Positions 24,497 through 24,497 of a stretch of 24,497 nucleotides of DNA are shown here, piece by piece. The translations under genes and the position numbers were made by a program. The stretch is from a virus (Duplodnaviria; Caudoviricetes). The stretch lies in IMG/VR virus record IMGVR_UViG_3300017754_002516, positions 1 to 24,497 of that record; one strand, written 5' to 3'. The number at the start of each line of letters is the position of its first letter. Positions within the stretch are counted from its first letter, which is position 1. Below the pieces are notes generated by a model. It was not told the DNA's origin. It saw nothing but the letters and a program-made list of their open reading frames with translations, and did no database searches.

Positions 24497-24497
24497 A

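Noticed and set aside
1-24497. tRNA, rRNA, integrase, transposase, intron or intein
   Set aside because: None was recognised. Intergenic gaps are 60 bp or less, and the polymerase and TS genes appear uninterrupted.

Overview
This is a 24.5-kb fragment of a tailed dsDNA phage with podovirus-like gene organisation. The host is probably Gram-negative, because Rz/Rz1 spanins are present. Two gene blocks converge at 9861/9862. The + strand (1-9861) is a DNA modification and replication arm. It opens with two tandem paralogous P-loop kinases, an aGPT-Pplase1-family protein and a thymidylate-synthase-fold enzyme (probable dUMP hydroxymethylase), together a likely thymidine hypermodification pathway. 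It continues with a Leu762-type family A DNA polymerase, a Sak4-like ATPase, a DUF669-type SSB, an Acb2/Tad1-like anti-defence protein, a Cas4-like exonuclease, a RuvC-like resolvase, an HD hydrolase and a DUF3310 protein. The - strand (24497-9862) is a lysis and virion arm: Rz/Rz1, M15 endolysin, head-tail adaptor, fibre-like protein, P22 gp10-like protein and four probable ejection proteins, the last with a lytic transglycosylase domain. Two observations stand out. First, an acyl carrier protein and a catalytically intact FabF/FabB-like ketosynthase are translationally coupled inside the virion operon, next to a possible GNAT-like gene. Second, an identical 15-aa peptide (GNSNEGTSGSPDISA) is encoded with only synonymous differences in two adjacent, otherwise dissimilar ejection proteins. 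Together these suggest a phage-encoded acyl-chain or virion lipidation system. All family assignments come from motif recognition by eye; no searches were run.
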